Shown piece by piece: positions 11,388-24,026 of a stretch of DNA of 64,000 nt. The DNA comes from Octopus sinensis (Eukaryota), in assembly GCF_006345805.1 (NCBI RefSeq), contig NC_042999.1:172360001-172424000 (forward strand), given 5' to 3'. Every line of letters begins with the position of its first letter. The first letter of the stretch is position 1. Below the pieces are notes generated by a model. The model did not search any database, was not told the origin of the DNA, and saw nothing but the letters and a program-made list of their open reading frames with translations. Position numbers and translations under genes: made by a program.

Positions 11388-11705
11388 ATTCTGCACTCCG
11401 CGTAAACAACGTAAGACAATTGTGAGGACAATTCAGCTACTAGACGAAATCAATTCTGCATGCGGCGTCTGTGTAGTCAAGATCACATTAAGGACACGGT
11501 TTCTAATAAACGCGGTTGGGTCACGTGACTTTGGGTTGCTGACGTGGTTAGCAAATAATAGCCATGGCTCAAACGTGTCATCCGCGTAATCAGCGTGCGA
11601 TCATTCTAAGGACAACTCAACTCCCAAATGAAAACAACACTGCATGCTGCGTCTAGGTACGCAAGCTCGCGTTAAGGACACTCACTAACTAACGTGGTTG
11701 GGTTG
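11388..11705. repeat. CpG-rich diverged tandem duplication (184-bp period built from ~66-bp subunits)
   Basis: T(G/A)AGGACA at 11423, 11489, 11607 and 11673 (spacing 66/118/66); TGCATGC(G/T)GCGTCT and AACG(C/T)GGTTGGGT each occur twice. Confidence 0.75.
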
Positions 11706-12299
11706 TAGAAACCATAAATTAGTAGATTAATGTACATTCCATATTTCGGTTTATAGTCAACAGCTGGGGAATATTTGTATGGGCTTAGAAAGAAGACTTT
11801 GATAATGAAGCTAAAAATATATAGTTAAATAAATGCTCAGGATTTAACATATTTAAGCATAGTTTTCATAATAAACATAGTGCGTTTCAAACGGGTTTTG
11901 CTATAACAAAATGTTACCTATAGTATTACGGAAACAGACTATTATTGGTACCACATAGATAATGCAGTATGAAGTCTACATCAGTTCATCTATTTAATAC
12001 AACCAACTTATATCATTTCAGTAGCTGTTTTTACAGATTTGAACCGAAGCAATGCGTGGACCAGGCGGGCAGTCGTATGTACTCCAAGAAAGAGGGTTTC
12101 CTGCCTTCAAGGATCCCAATACTCATTAGATGAAATCACCTTTGGAACATATGTAATATATGTCCCCAATTTAGAGAAAAACTATTGCGAACTTCAGAAG
12201 TTCTGCGGGTTTACAAACACACACGTACACAGTTATATATATATATATAATTCGGAATACAAAAAATGGGACAAGAACGCAAAACATCCAGACAGATCA

Positions 12300-12730
12300 T
12301 ACAAAAGCGGGACAAGAAAAAACATGGGCGAGTTATTCAAAGTCTTCTTTCCTCAGTCGAGTTCCAGGTTATCTTTGCAATTTCGGCTTGTTATACTCGA
12401 GATTGCTCTAATCTGGACAGCCCCAAGGAAAAACAAAGCTAAGAGCATTAGATACCTTGGAACAAATGAGCAAATATATACGAAAACAAGGACGGAAGAA
12501 ACGGAGAAATGGTCCACAACTACAAATGCAAATAATAGGACATAACAACAGGTGTCATTCGACTAAGGACGAATTAAGTTCAGCTGGCATGTGTGAAAGT
12601 GATGCGTTACGACATGGACATAAGAGATGACAGGCATGGAGAAGAATATAGATAATGCATGGATGGTAGTCAAACCAAGAAAGAAAGGTCAGGCTTGGCC
12701 GAACACCGGTCCCATGGGAAGAGAGAAGAG
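12300..12730 (+). mobile_element. Possible decayed RTE-like LINE 3' fragment
   Basis: Frame reads GRIKFSWHV*K*CVTTWT*EMTGME, resembling the LINE C-terminal 'LRWAGHVAR..D.RWT' motif. Confidence 0.4.
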
Positions 12731-13318
12731 AGGTAGAGGCAGAGTGACAGAAGAATTAGGGAGGGAGGAGAAAAAATGGAGAGATTGAAGTGAAAGAGGA
12801 GAGAGGGATTAATGTCCCTTGAACCAACATAGCAACCAAGTTATGCGTTCGTTCGTATGGTTTACCCAGGAAAGGGGGTTTTCTGCCCAGGGACCCTATT
12901 ATTCATTATGTGGAACATTTTAAGCCTAAAACCATCTCAAGAACATAGTGTATGTTCCCAGTTTGGATATAATCAATTGGGAACTCCAGAAGTTATGCGT
13001 GTTTACACACACAAACACAACCCCCCCCCCAACACGCACACACTCACATCCTCAATTTTATATATATAGATAGAATTTAGTGCATTTTTGATCACCGCAT
13101 TTGCATAAGATCAAAAGTAGATTTGCTGCTATATGGCGACGAAGAAAGATCATTTATCATATCTCAACCTAGCGAATCTAAAGATTTGCTTGTGATTACG
13201 GTAATATATACCTTCAGTTGCTGCATTTGAGAACATCTTATATAGGCACAGATATGCATTCTATTCCCTAAAGATTCACGATATTTAGAATACATATACA
13301 TTCATACATATATCGGTA

Positions 13319-13356
<38 letters not shown>

Positions 13357-13499
13357 AGTGTGTCTGTGTGTTTGTGTGTGTATGCGCATCAGGGCATCTA
13401 TGCATATATGGATATATGATTATGTATATATTAATATATGTGTGTGTGAGTGTATGTATATATCTATATATATACATATGTGTGTGTGTGTGTGTATAC

Positions 13500-13909
13500 G
13501 TATACATTATCTATATTATTTACATTTGACGGATATATGTCCTCATCGTGTTTCTTCTTAACACAATTTTCAGCCGATATAATCTCCAGCTGGTGTCCTG
13601 GGGAAATTTCGAACATGGGTACTCATTCCTAAGGTATTTTTCGATGTTATTATTATTATAATCCCAGGAGACCGAGTTTGATTCCGGGCGGCGACCTGAA
13701 TAAACATTTAAAAAATAATAATAGTAATAACATCGAAAAATACTTTAGGAATGAGAACCCAAGTTTGAAATTTCCCCAAGACACCTGATGAAAGCTGGAG
13801 GGTATATCAGTCGAAACGTTGTGTTAACAACAACAAGATGAGCACACATATTCGTCAAATGTAATTAATGTAAATAATGTACATAATTCCTCATCTCTAA
13901 TATATAGAA

Positions 13910-13912
<3 letters not shown>
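13500..13912. mobile_element. Penelope-type non-autonomous repeat: two ~155-bp arms in inverted orientation around a tRNA-like spacer
   Basis: ~13500-13657 is the reverse complement of ~13722-13880. The spacer contains GGAGACCGAGTTTGATTCCGGG (B-box/T-arm-like). The right arm carries a hammerhead motif. Confidence 0.8.
13780..13825 (+). ncRNA. Minimal type I hammerhead ribozyme motif
   Basis: GACAC-CUGAUGA-A-AGCUGG-AGGGUAUA-UCAGUC-GAAAC-GUU-GUGUU. Stem I GACAC/GUGUU; palindromic ACGU stem III; first stem II pair is A.C in this copy. Confidence 0.8.
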
Positions 13913-13977
<65 letters not shown>

Positions 13978-14021
13978 GGTGTGTGTGTGTGTGTGTTTGT
14001 GTGTGTGTGTATACACACACA

Positions 14022-14095
14022 TGGGAGACCCCCTTCGGTCACGAATGATCATGGGATTGCACATACAAAGCTCCTCTCCGAGGCACAAACCATGA
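14022..14095 (-). mobile_element. SINE family C, 3' end fragment
   Basis: CCCCTTCGGTCACGAATGATCATGGGATTGCAC matches 18045-18080. Confidence 0.7.
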
Positions 14096-14999
14096 CACAC
14101 AGAGACACACACACACTCACACACACATATATATACACGTAGAGATATTTTTTACTGTTTCCTTAAGATCCACAAAAGAAGTATTTCATCCAAAGTGAGA
14201 TGTACACTGTATTAGAAGAGGAGAAATTTACAATTTCTTCACATAAAGTCACATATTTCGACAAGTTTTATAAAGTGGCGTTTTCCTCCAACTAATCTTC
14301 ATGTTGTAGATAGAAAAAGAGATAGAGAGAGAGAGAGAGAGAGAAAGTGAGTGAGTGAGTGACTGATTGAGTGAGAGAGTGATTCCTATGAATATGCATA
14401 TACGCCTAATTATATATATATATATATATATATATTACATTATATTTACTTTTCTATAGTAGAATTTTTAGGCCGTCAAAGGAAATCTATTTCTGTATAT
14501 ATTGTAAATACCGAGTGAAAATACGCCTAAGAACGTCTCTGTCAGTATGTTTATGTATTTACGTTCCCCTCTGTATCTGCATGTGTGTATGAAAGCGCAT
14601 TTTCCTATGAAACTGTTTATATACGTAACTACTTGACGAAGGATACAAAAACACATTTACGACTAGCAGTAAACACTCTCACCAAGTATTTTGATTGCCT
14701 TCCAAATGTCTGCCGAAGCGATTTTTTGTTCTTTTTACAATATTATTGGTTATTGCTTGTTATTTGAATATTTCACTTTCATTTAGATTGAAGAAAATCA
14801 GCTGTTCGAAAAACTTCAAAGAAATTTGAGGAAAACTATGCAATGATCATGAAGGAACGGAAAAATAAATTTGACAAAATTTCACGCAAAATTACATTGG
14901 TAGGACAAACCTAGATACAAACACGTGTACGCGCACACAAATTTCCGCATATGCAGACACATTAAATGTTTTTTTAAATTTCTTCGAGTTATTCGTATT

Positions 15000-15030
<31 letters not shown>

Positions 15031-15329
15031 GAATATAGATATTATACATAAGAAGATGCAGCCACGTATAGGTTTGTAGCTATAGAGATCTAGAAGGAGA
15101 AAGAGTTACATAAAATAAAGATAATGATATACTCTCTCACACAAACACACAAATTTACACACACACCATTATAGTCTTGCATTGATTGTATAAACATGAA
15201 TCAGGCGCATGTATTTATATATGCTTCTGTATGTGTGCGTGCGTGTGTATTTTATATAATTTATCGTAATATACTGGCATAAATACTATGTTAAAGTAAA
15301 GTTGTGAATAATAATATTTAGTTAGTCTG

Positions 15330-15450
15330 AGTTAAAACATGGCCGACGTCGACTTTGTATTTTATGCTTTCGTAAACGATAACATCAGAAATCTGTTAGG
15401 TGGCGCTGTGTATTTTAAATGGTTGTTGCTGTCCTCCAAATATGCCGTTT
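15330..15450 (+). promoter_or_regulatory. CpG-rich patch with YY1-like AACATGGCCG and CTCF-like TAGGTGGCGCTG motifs
   Basis: Motifs seen at ~15336-15345 and ~15397-15408; promoter/insulator function is inferred only. Confidence 0.35.
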
Positions 15451-15690
15451 TTCCTCGTTGTTGTGTTAATATAAGTTGTATAAATAGTAGCAATATTAGT
15501 ACTAATATTTGTTGTTTATGCTCTTATTGTTGTTCCTTTTGATTTTGTTGAAATAATTGATTTTGATATTACAGTTCTGTTAGTTGAGTTGTGGGTGTTA
15601 TAAGGATTTTCAGATCAAAGATATACTCAACAAATATACACGTTTGACTTTTTCATTATTATTGCATATCTTTTTACATATTTACTTCAG

Positions 15691-15743
15691 ACACTGTTAC
15701 TCATTTTCGAAATGATGGAGAGAGTCTAACTGTGATACACGCA
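15691..15743 (+). CDS. Candidate internal exon (xTVTHFRNDGESLTVIHA), gene unidentified
   Basis: Pyrimidine tract + TTCAG acceptor, GTGAGT donor, open in phase 1 to 0. No recognised homology. Confidence 0.3.
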
Positions 15744-16166
15744 GTGAGTAAAAAAAAAAAGAAAATCCCAAAATAGTGGAAAATAAGGATGAAATCAAAC
15801 GAAACGCAAAAACAATATGAACAAAGAATTCTATGGTGCGAAAAAAATAACATGCAACAAAAAGATCTATGCCGTAGAAAATTCAACACGAACGCCATGA
15901 TTTTCTTTTTTAATTTGTTTTTGATTTAATAACATTCGTATTTGTATGGTGTTATGTAGGCATGCATACACACAGCCACTCACACATGCATACACCTATA
16001 TATATATATATGTATGTGTGTGTGTATAACACAATGACTCATAATACAAACATATTTTTAGAAATATTTCAATATGTGTGATTCTGTGTAAGGCGGTGCC
16101 ATCATGCGACTGTTTATGTGTATGTTAGTGGTGGGTGTTCCTCTTTATGAATGCATGTTTTATTTG

Positions 16167-16212
<46 letters not shown>

Positions 16213-17232
16213 TCAAAAATAGAAATAGTTTTTAAGAGCTTTTCTCTGGATGTGTGTATATGTAACTGTGTTTTTTGTGTGAGGATGCGCATGTTTCTAA
16301 CATGTGAAATTTAATATAACTATTTCATTAAATGTGAATATGCGCTAGCGTATGTGAGTCCGTGAGATAATACAAAAATAGATTGTGAGAGTTTGGATGT
16401 GTAAGTGCGTTTGAGTTTGCATGTGCGTGTGTGATAGTGTCTGTGTAGAGGCGTCAGTGTGTGTGTGTGCATTTCGGCGTAAATTTGTGTTTAAAGAATT
16501 CTTTATAAGAACAGGAAATGTAAATTTACGCTGTTTTGCACACTGGAAAATCTAATACAGCTAACTGTATTCTCTGTTATTGTATTGAGCACATCGAAAT
16601 AAAATTCTTCTCGAATTTCCTAATATATTTTTGTAGCGCGAGTTTTCACTGAGAAGCAATTTCATCATTTATAGCATGTAAGCCAGCACATTGTAATACT
16701 CACTGATATTAGCTCAAAAGAGTCGCTACTCAGAATTTCAGTTTCTTATCAAAATATTTTGGTTGATACTCTACGTTACGGAACTTAGAGACAATAAAGA
16801 AAAAGAAAAAAAAACTGACAGTCTTATTCTCCTAAAAAGTAAACATCTATCAAGAGATAAATTTTGCAGATGATATAGGGAATTCTATATAGAAATAAGG
16901 AAGGACGATGTCAAAATTCACCGAAGTTCATCGTAATCATTCTTTCGCATAACACTGCTTCCCACGCAATATGTCCAAAAAATACATGGAAGCGTTAAGT
17001 AATAAGCATTCCCTACATTATACAAAAGCACACGCTCATGCATAAATGTGTGCGCACACCCACACGCATGCACTCACACACACACATATGCGATTTTGCA
17101 TATCGTCTTTGTATTTATCAATTCCTTTGACACCCACCTCTCATGGTTCTCCGATTTAGTCAATTTTCATTTTTCCTTTTCCTGTTATCTTCTCTTATTA
17201 ACGACGTCCTCCCCTCCCTTTCTGTTATATAG

Positions 17233-17259
17233 AAGATAATTTTTGAACACTGCTTAGAA
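17233..17259 (+). CDS. Candidate 27-nt micro-exon (KIIFEHCLE)
   Basis: Long pyrimidine tract + ATAG acceptor, GTAAGG donor; phase-compatible with 15691-15743. Confidence 0.2.
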
Positions 17260-17392
17260 GTAAGGCACCTGCGACATAGCACTATGTTTCTGTATTTCAC
17301 TCAACTTTTGAAAATCAAAGATACCTGTGCGACATCTTCATTATCCTCAGTGCATTTTTCGACTTACTTTTTGTATATTTAAAATTGTGTTG

Positions 17393-17427
<35 letters not shown>

Positions 17428-17430
<3 letters not shown>

Positions 17431-17600
17431 AGAATTTACGAAAAATCAAAAGACGAAGACAGGTGGTGTACAAAACAAACAGACGTATTAGTATAACGCT
17501 CAGGAATAGAAAAAGTATTTTTACGTTTCGAGCCTACGCTCGTCTACAGAAAGGGACACAGAAAAAAACAAAGAGAGAAACAAGGAAAGAAAAAATCTGT
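17428..17600 (-). mobile_element. Penelope-type non-autonomous repeat (family H2) next to (TA)n
   Basis: AATTTACG..AAA.CAAAAGACGAAGA.AGG block shared with ~25270-25350, 33960-34028 and 44395-44480; contains a hammerhead-like motif. Confidence 0.75.
17517..17553 (-). ncRNA. Hammerhead-like motif with non-canonical core (CUGUAGA)
   Basis: Minus strand: CUUU-CUGUAGA-C-GAGC-GUAG-GCUC-GAAAC-GUA-AAAA; perfect 4-bp stem II; A6 replaced by U. Confidence 0.7.
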
Positions 17601-18034
17601 GTAGTGACTAAAGATCTATCCTGCCGACTGACTGCCGGACAGACGGGTCACACAATAGGGCGAAGAAGTAGGGGAGATAACAAAGTAAAGATGACCCACA
17701 ACACGAAGGTGCGTCTGTGTATAAGAGAGTATGTATGTGCGTGCGAAAGAAGGCTGGTGGTCTGGAGGTGTGCTTGTATGTATGTGTAGGTGTAAAAATG
17801 TGGCGATGGGAATTGGTCATCCTATCCCCTACACAACCTCCCACATACCCTACCTCTACCTCCACCCGTGCTTTCCCCACTCTTACCTCTCCCACCTCCC
17901 AACAACATCACACAACACCACACTATAGCATACAATATTACACATCACATCACAGCAAACCACATATATATATATATACTATATATGTATATATATAATA
18001 TATTATATATATATATGTAGTATATATATATATA

Positions 18035-18367
18035 AAGGGTAAAGACCACCTTCGTCATGAATGACCATGGGATTGCACCTAGAAAGTTACCCTCCTAGAC
18101 ACAAGTCGGGCAAGGTTGTTTATGGAAGACCAGCAGTCGCCCATGCATACCAGCCTCCCCTCTCCACGCCACCAGTGTTATCCAAGGGAAAGACAAAGGT
18201 CGATACAGCTTGGCCCAGTGACGTCGCAACTCATTTCTACAGCTGAGTGAACTGGAGCAACGTGAAATAAAGTGCCTTTCTCAAGAACACAACAACCAGC
18301 CCGGTCCGGGATTCGAGCTCACAACCTCACGATCGTAAGCTCGACGCTCTAACCACTGAGCCATGCG

Positions 18368-18370
<3 letters not shown>
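18035..18370 (-). mobile_element. tRNA-derived SINE, family C (tRNA-Arg-like head), full length
   Basis: Minus-strand head GGCGCATGGCTCAGTGGTTAGAGCGTCGAGCTTACGATCGTGAGGTTGTGAGCTCGAATCCCGG followed by a non-tRNA body shared with 31.1-31.4 kb. Confidence 0.88.
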
Positions 18371-18408
<38 letters not shown>

Positions 18409-18429
18409 ATAATATATATATATTATATA

Positions 18430-18474
<45 letters not shown>

Positions 18475-18492
18475 ATATATATATATATATTA

Positions 18493-18523
<31 letters not shown>

Positions 18524-18540
18524 CTATATATATCTATATA

Positions 18541-18581
<41 letters not shown>

Positions 18582-18584
18582 AGC

Positions 18585-18752
18585 ATGGGAGTGGTTGTGT
18601 GGTAAGTGGCTTGCTTACGATCCACATGATTCACGGTTCAGTTCCAATGCGCAGCACCTTGGGCGAGTGGTTTTTACTATAGCCTCGGGCCGACCAACGC
18701 CTTGTGAGTGGATTTCGTAGACGGAAACTGAAAGAAGCGCGTCGTATATATG

Positions 18753-18785
<33 letters not shown>

Positions 18786-19005
18786 ATGTGTATGTGCTTC
18801 TAGGTCTGAGTTTGTCCACCCAACATCACTTGCCGATCGATGCTGGTGTGTTACGTCCGCGTAAACTAGCGGTTCGGCAAATGCAACCGATAGAATATGT
18901 ACTAGGCTTACAAAGGAGAAGCACTGGGGTCGATTTGCTCGACTAAAGGTGGGGTTCCAGCATGGCCTTAGTCAAATTACTGAAACAAGTAAAAGAGAGA
19001 GTATG
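18585..19005 (+). mobile_element. SINE family A, near full length
   Basis: GGAGTGGTTGTGTGGTAAG head, GGTTCAGTTCC B-box, CORE-like block, internal microsatellite and 3' half. Confidence 0.9.
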
Positions 19006-19059
19006 TAATAAACGCAACACTGAACGAGTGAAGGGGTAGCAGTGACAGGTAGTATAGCA

Positions 19060-19272
19060 GGCAGAAACGTTAGCACGCCGGGCGAAATGCGTAGCCGTAT
19101 TCGTCTGCCGTTACGCTCTGAGTTCAAGCTAAGCCGAGGTTGACTTTGCCTTTCATCCGTTCGGGGTCGATTAAATAAGTATCAGTTACGCACTGGGGTC
19201 GATATAATCCGTTTCTGTGTCCTTGTTTGTCCTCTCTGTGTTTAGCCCCTTGTGGGTAGTAAAGAAATAGGT
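19060..19272 (+). mobile_element. SINE family B with variant 3' tail
   Basis: GGCAGAAACGTTAGCACGCCGGGCGAAATGC head; tail TTTAGCCCCTTGTGGGTAGTAAAGAAA also at 61.64 kb on the minus strand. Confidence 0.88.
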
Positions 19273-19351
19273 AGTATAACTAGTAGTTCAGTATATATAT
19301 TTATACATCATTCGCATTCACACGCACACTAACACTCACATGCACATACAG

Positions 19352-19402
<51 letters not shown>

Positions 19403-19492
19403 CTATATATATATATATATATATGGTGTGTGTGTGTATGCATGATGTATATATATATATATATATATATACATACATGCATAGACACACAT

Positions 19493-19524
<32 letters not shown>

Positions 19525-19871
19525 TAGATATATATATAATATATATACATACATACATACATTCATACATACATACATACATGTGTGTGTGTGTGTGTGT
19601 GCGTGTGTGGTGTGTGTGTGTATGTATATATATATATAAATATGCTCTCAGAAATGCTTAAATGTGATATTTTGAAATTTCTTGTGACTCACTACTGAGT
19701 GTAGAATCAAATTTATCGCCATTTCCCATGTTACGTCTATTGTTTCTTCCATCAAAGCATTACATAGAAAGAGATGTATGCGTTTGCGCACGGGTGGGAA
19801 TTTGTATGTGGTGAGAGAATTAAAAGTGTTGGTCGTATATAGATACACACACACTCACACACACACACACT

Positions 19872-19902
<31 letters not shown>

Positions 19903-22557
19903 ATGTATATATACATTATATGCAAGTACATACATACAAACACAATGATAGAATCTGGAAAAGCCTTCAATAAAATTGTCTAGCATATTATTAACTATTT
20001 AATGTTTCCAAAACGTATTTATTAGATATTCAAAATCTTATTCGCAATATACTCGAAATATTATTTGTTTCTTATTTCCTTAATAAAGTTATTTCAATTT
20101 CTTTTTGTGAATACCAATATTTCAACTGACATTTTTTTCTTTCTCATTTTGTACTGCGTCAGGTTTCCAACAATGAAATATGAGAGATGATGCAATCAAT
20201 TTGTTTTATATTTATCATATATGACATATCCACAGTTTTATGTTGTTGATATAGCACCAAATAAAGCAATTGATTTGTGAAACGTGTGATAATTCATTTC
20301 ATTTCTATGCACACTTACCGCTACATATATGTAGGCATGCAAAGTTTTCATATAAAATAACTCATTCCAGTGTGACTATAGTCGACACAGAATATGAAAA
20401 TTTAATAAGAATCAAAATACATGTATCTTGATGACATCTGACATGAAGTGTGATATTCGTCACATACGAACGTAAAATACATTCATGCTGATACAGTCAT
20501 ACACACACACACACGCACACGCACCCACACATACACATACATACATACGTATGCTGTATAATACACACTGAAATCATGATTTTTATTTTTCCGAGAGCAA
20601 TGACACTCGTTGCACAGAATTACAAGATATCAAGTGTATGAATGTGTGAGTATCTATATATTTATATATTACGATCTAAATAATGTGTGCATGTTTATTT
20701 GTGTGTGTCTATGTGTGTATTGTTGTGTGGTGTATATGTGTGAGTGTTTATGTGTGTATGTGTGACTGTGATTGTTGGGGTGTGTTCCTGCTCCCTTCAA
20801 TGTAAAGTTTGTAAGTTGAACAAGACGGGGACGATGATCTCACTTTATTGACAATAGTTAACGTCCCATAATATCTGATTCTCTAATCCTTCGCAGATAT
20901 AGAAATAGCATATTTACATACAAACATGAGAAAATATAAACACTGGTGAACATTTCTTCTTAATTCATTCTTTCTATATTTTCGGTAGCGAATTTGTTAC
21001 ATTTGACATCAGTAAATCTGTGTTGTGTATCACTAGTTATGACTTACAAATATATCTCTTATTTTAGGCTAGAAAAACAGTTTTTAGTATAGTATTGATA
21101 TTTATACAGCAGTGTAGGTACCCTGCACAGTTTCAACCGAATAAGATAAAGAGAACAACAGTTGACTATATTAATCACATACAACACAAAGATAGAATGC
21201 CCGCTATCTCCACACATCCTCCACTCTAACATCTCTGGCGATATTTCATAACTAGAGTATTATTCATGAATTTATAGTAATGTTACTTTTATATAATCAA
21301 ATGTGATATACAGCGACCAAGTAGAATAATAAAGGCTAGATTGGTAAATTTTCACTCACTTAATACTGTATTTACAAACACAATCTGTTGACACCTACTA
21401 AAAAAAGGAAAGGGAAAAAGAGCAAACATTAGGAATTCAAAAGTTTTGTGGTTTTATATGAGCTTCCTACATGCATGAATCTACGGACATTTCTGAAAAT
21501 ATCGTGGGTGATGTGGTATTCTTTAAATCACACAGATCTTTTCATATACTTTTTTTATTATAAAGCATATATATTCTTTGATGAGTGTATTAGTATGCAT
21601 GTGAATATATACTTTGTGAAAGTAATCCTCTTGGTTCATATTTTGAACACACACACACATACATACACGTTTATACATACATACAAACATACATGCAAAT
21701 AGATAGATGGATAGACAGAGAGACAGACAGGGAGAAAGATATAGAGATAGTGGGCGCGCGAGAGAGAGATAGCAGGAGAGAAATAAAGACAGACAGACAA
21801 ACAGACAGACATGCCCAGACACATGCACACGCTCGCATACACACTCGCGCATATATTTATTTTTTTTATATCAGTCTAATCTCGTGCATCTCCATCAACA
21901 CAAATACAATTTCATCTGTATTTATGAAGAAAATATGGATGAAGAATATATCTATTATTGTCACTTTTGTTGATATTATATACAAGAATATATTGGAATA
22001 TTCTTCATCTTGGTTATCACATGACCTATATAGATAAATCAAAAGGCAATAAAATATTATAATAATAGAATCACAAACGTTATAAAAAATTATTGCTTCT
22101 ACTTACGAAGAAATATTTATTCGTTGTATTTTTCTTCATTACAAAAATTAGAAATTTCGTAATTATTTTTTATTACAAGAATTTGTTCTGATATTATGCG
22201 CGTGTTGTTTATTTCCGTTTCATTAATGAAGACATTTCAAACTGTAATTGAAGAATATCCTTATATTCAGAGGCATTTTTTTCTTTTCTTCGGTGTATTT
22301 TGTTGCATCATGGTTCAAGGCATAATGTATATACTGTATAATGTAAAAAATTACCTATATCTGAGATATTTCAGATAGATTTCCTATATGTGTGTATGTG
22401 TGTGTATGTATGAGTGTGCATGCGTATGTATTGCGTGTGTTTTTGCGAGCGTGTGTGGGTGAATGACAGTGACTGTGTGTATGTATGCAAATCTTTTTCT
22501 CTCTCTCACTATATATATATATATTATAAATATGTATATATAAATATTATGTTACAG

Positions 22558-22593
<36 letters not shown>

Positions 22594-23835
22594 ATATATA
22601 TATACATATATATATACATATATATATATCATATATACATATATATATAACATATACCTAATTATATATAATACATATAAATATATGTACTATATATATA
22701 TATATATATATATACATATATACATACATACATATACACACACACACACATATATAGTATATAAATATATATAATATATTACATATATATAAATATACAT
22801 AGAAGTGAATAATTAGTGTATATGTAATAAAGTAGGTAGTATCGAGTTTCATTTCCTATTCTATAACATATCATATTTGATATATTGCATATAGGAACAT
22901 ACATCTCTACTAAATCGTCAAACACGTAAATAATAGTTTCAATCACTCAACATTATTGTGAAGTTATTGTCTTCTTCAAAAGTATATCTATTAAATATTG
23001 CTACAAACAGACAGTGCACATTGGAACTTATATTACACGTTAGATCTTCATTTAATGAATGTTATACTCGTATACATACAATTATATGCACTATATGCAA
23101 ATATTTGAATGTGCGTGTTTGTATATGCTCATCCACACGTACGTACATGCATGCAAGCACACACCACTGCGAAATGATATTTGGTATGCGTACAAGTAGC
23201 TAAAGCGTGAGGAAACATCTTATTGCAATGTAGAATGTTGTTATTGAATTTCAGGTATTACACTCTCATATAATTTGCCAGGGCGTGGTGCTTCATTAAC
23301 TAGTAATAGTGATTGACGTTAACACCATGACTACGTTTCGTATTTCACAGAGCAGTCATCCAACAATGCATTACTATCAGACCTCTTTAATGAATGCATC
23401 GATCTCCGAGCAACAGCAAAATGCTTTCTACACTCCTGTGTACAGCAAGAAGCATTTTTCGTGCAATCGTCCCGGGGAAAAAAATAGAGGGATCGGTTTG
23501 ACCATCTTTGTATCTGCTTCTCATCTCATTGACAATTATGCAGCCTTTATAACTCTCAGCAGAGATATTGTGTTTATATGCATTTGAATATTCATGAGCT
23601 TAAATTTGTGATAAGCTTTGCATAAAAAAGAAAACCCCATTACATGCAATACATATACGTCTCGCAATGATGTGTCAGATATATTTGTCACCAACACTAG
23701 TGATTATTTCCTCAATGTCATGTGTAGTTAAAAGTTGATATTATATCATTATACACTGATGAGATTATGACACAGAAGGGAAATAGATAATGAAATAGAG
23801 TCAAACCAAAATTATTTTTACTCGTCAAATATAAG

Positions 23836-23927
23836 AAACAAATTATCCTGGCTGGCAAAACTCTATGTGAATATACTTTAATAATCTTTGAAGACGCACA
23901 CTACCAACAGAAACAGGTTTGGAAGAT
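23836..23927 (+). CDS. Candidate exon (KQIILAGKTLCEYTLIIFEDAHYQQKQVWK), unidentified
   Basis: Open frame between an AG and a strong GTAAGT donor; acceptor is weak. Confidence 0.2.
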
Positions 23928-23990
23928 GTAAGTATTCAAACGGTTATTATATCAACATGTGCATATTATACACACATTTACATAGATAAT

Positions 23991-24026
<36 letters not shown>

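Noticed and set aside
12039-12545. 168-aa ORF
   Set aside because: Runs through a microsatellite and a probable LINE remnant; no recognisable domain.
18300-18370. tRNA gene
   Set aside because: It is the head of a SINE: it continues into a repeat body and lacks a proper acceptor stem and terminator. The same holds at 31380-31448 and 58230-58303.
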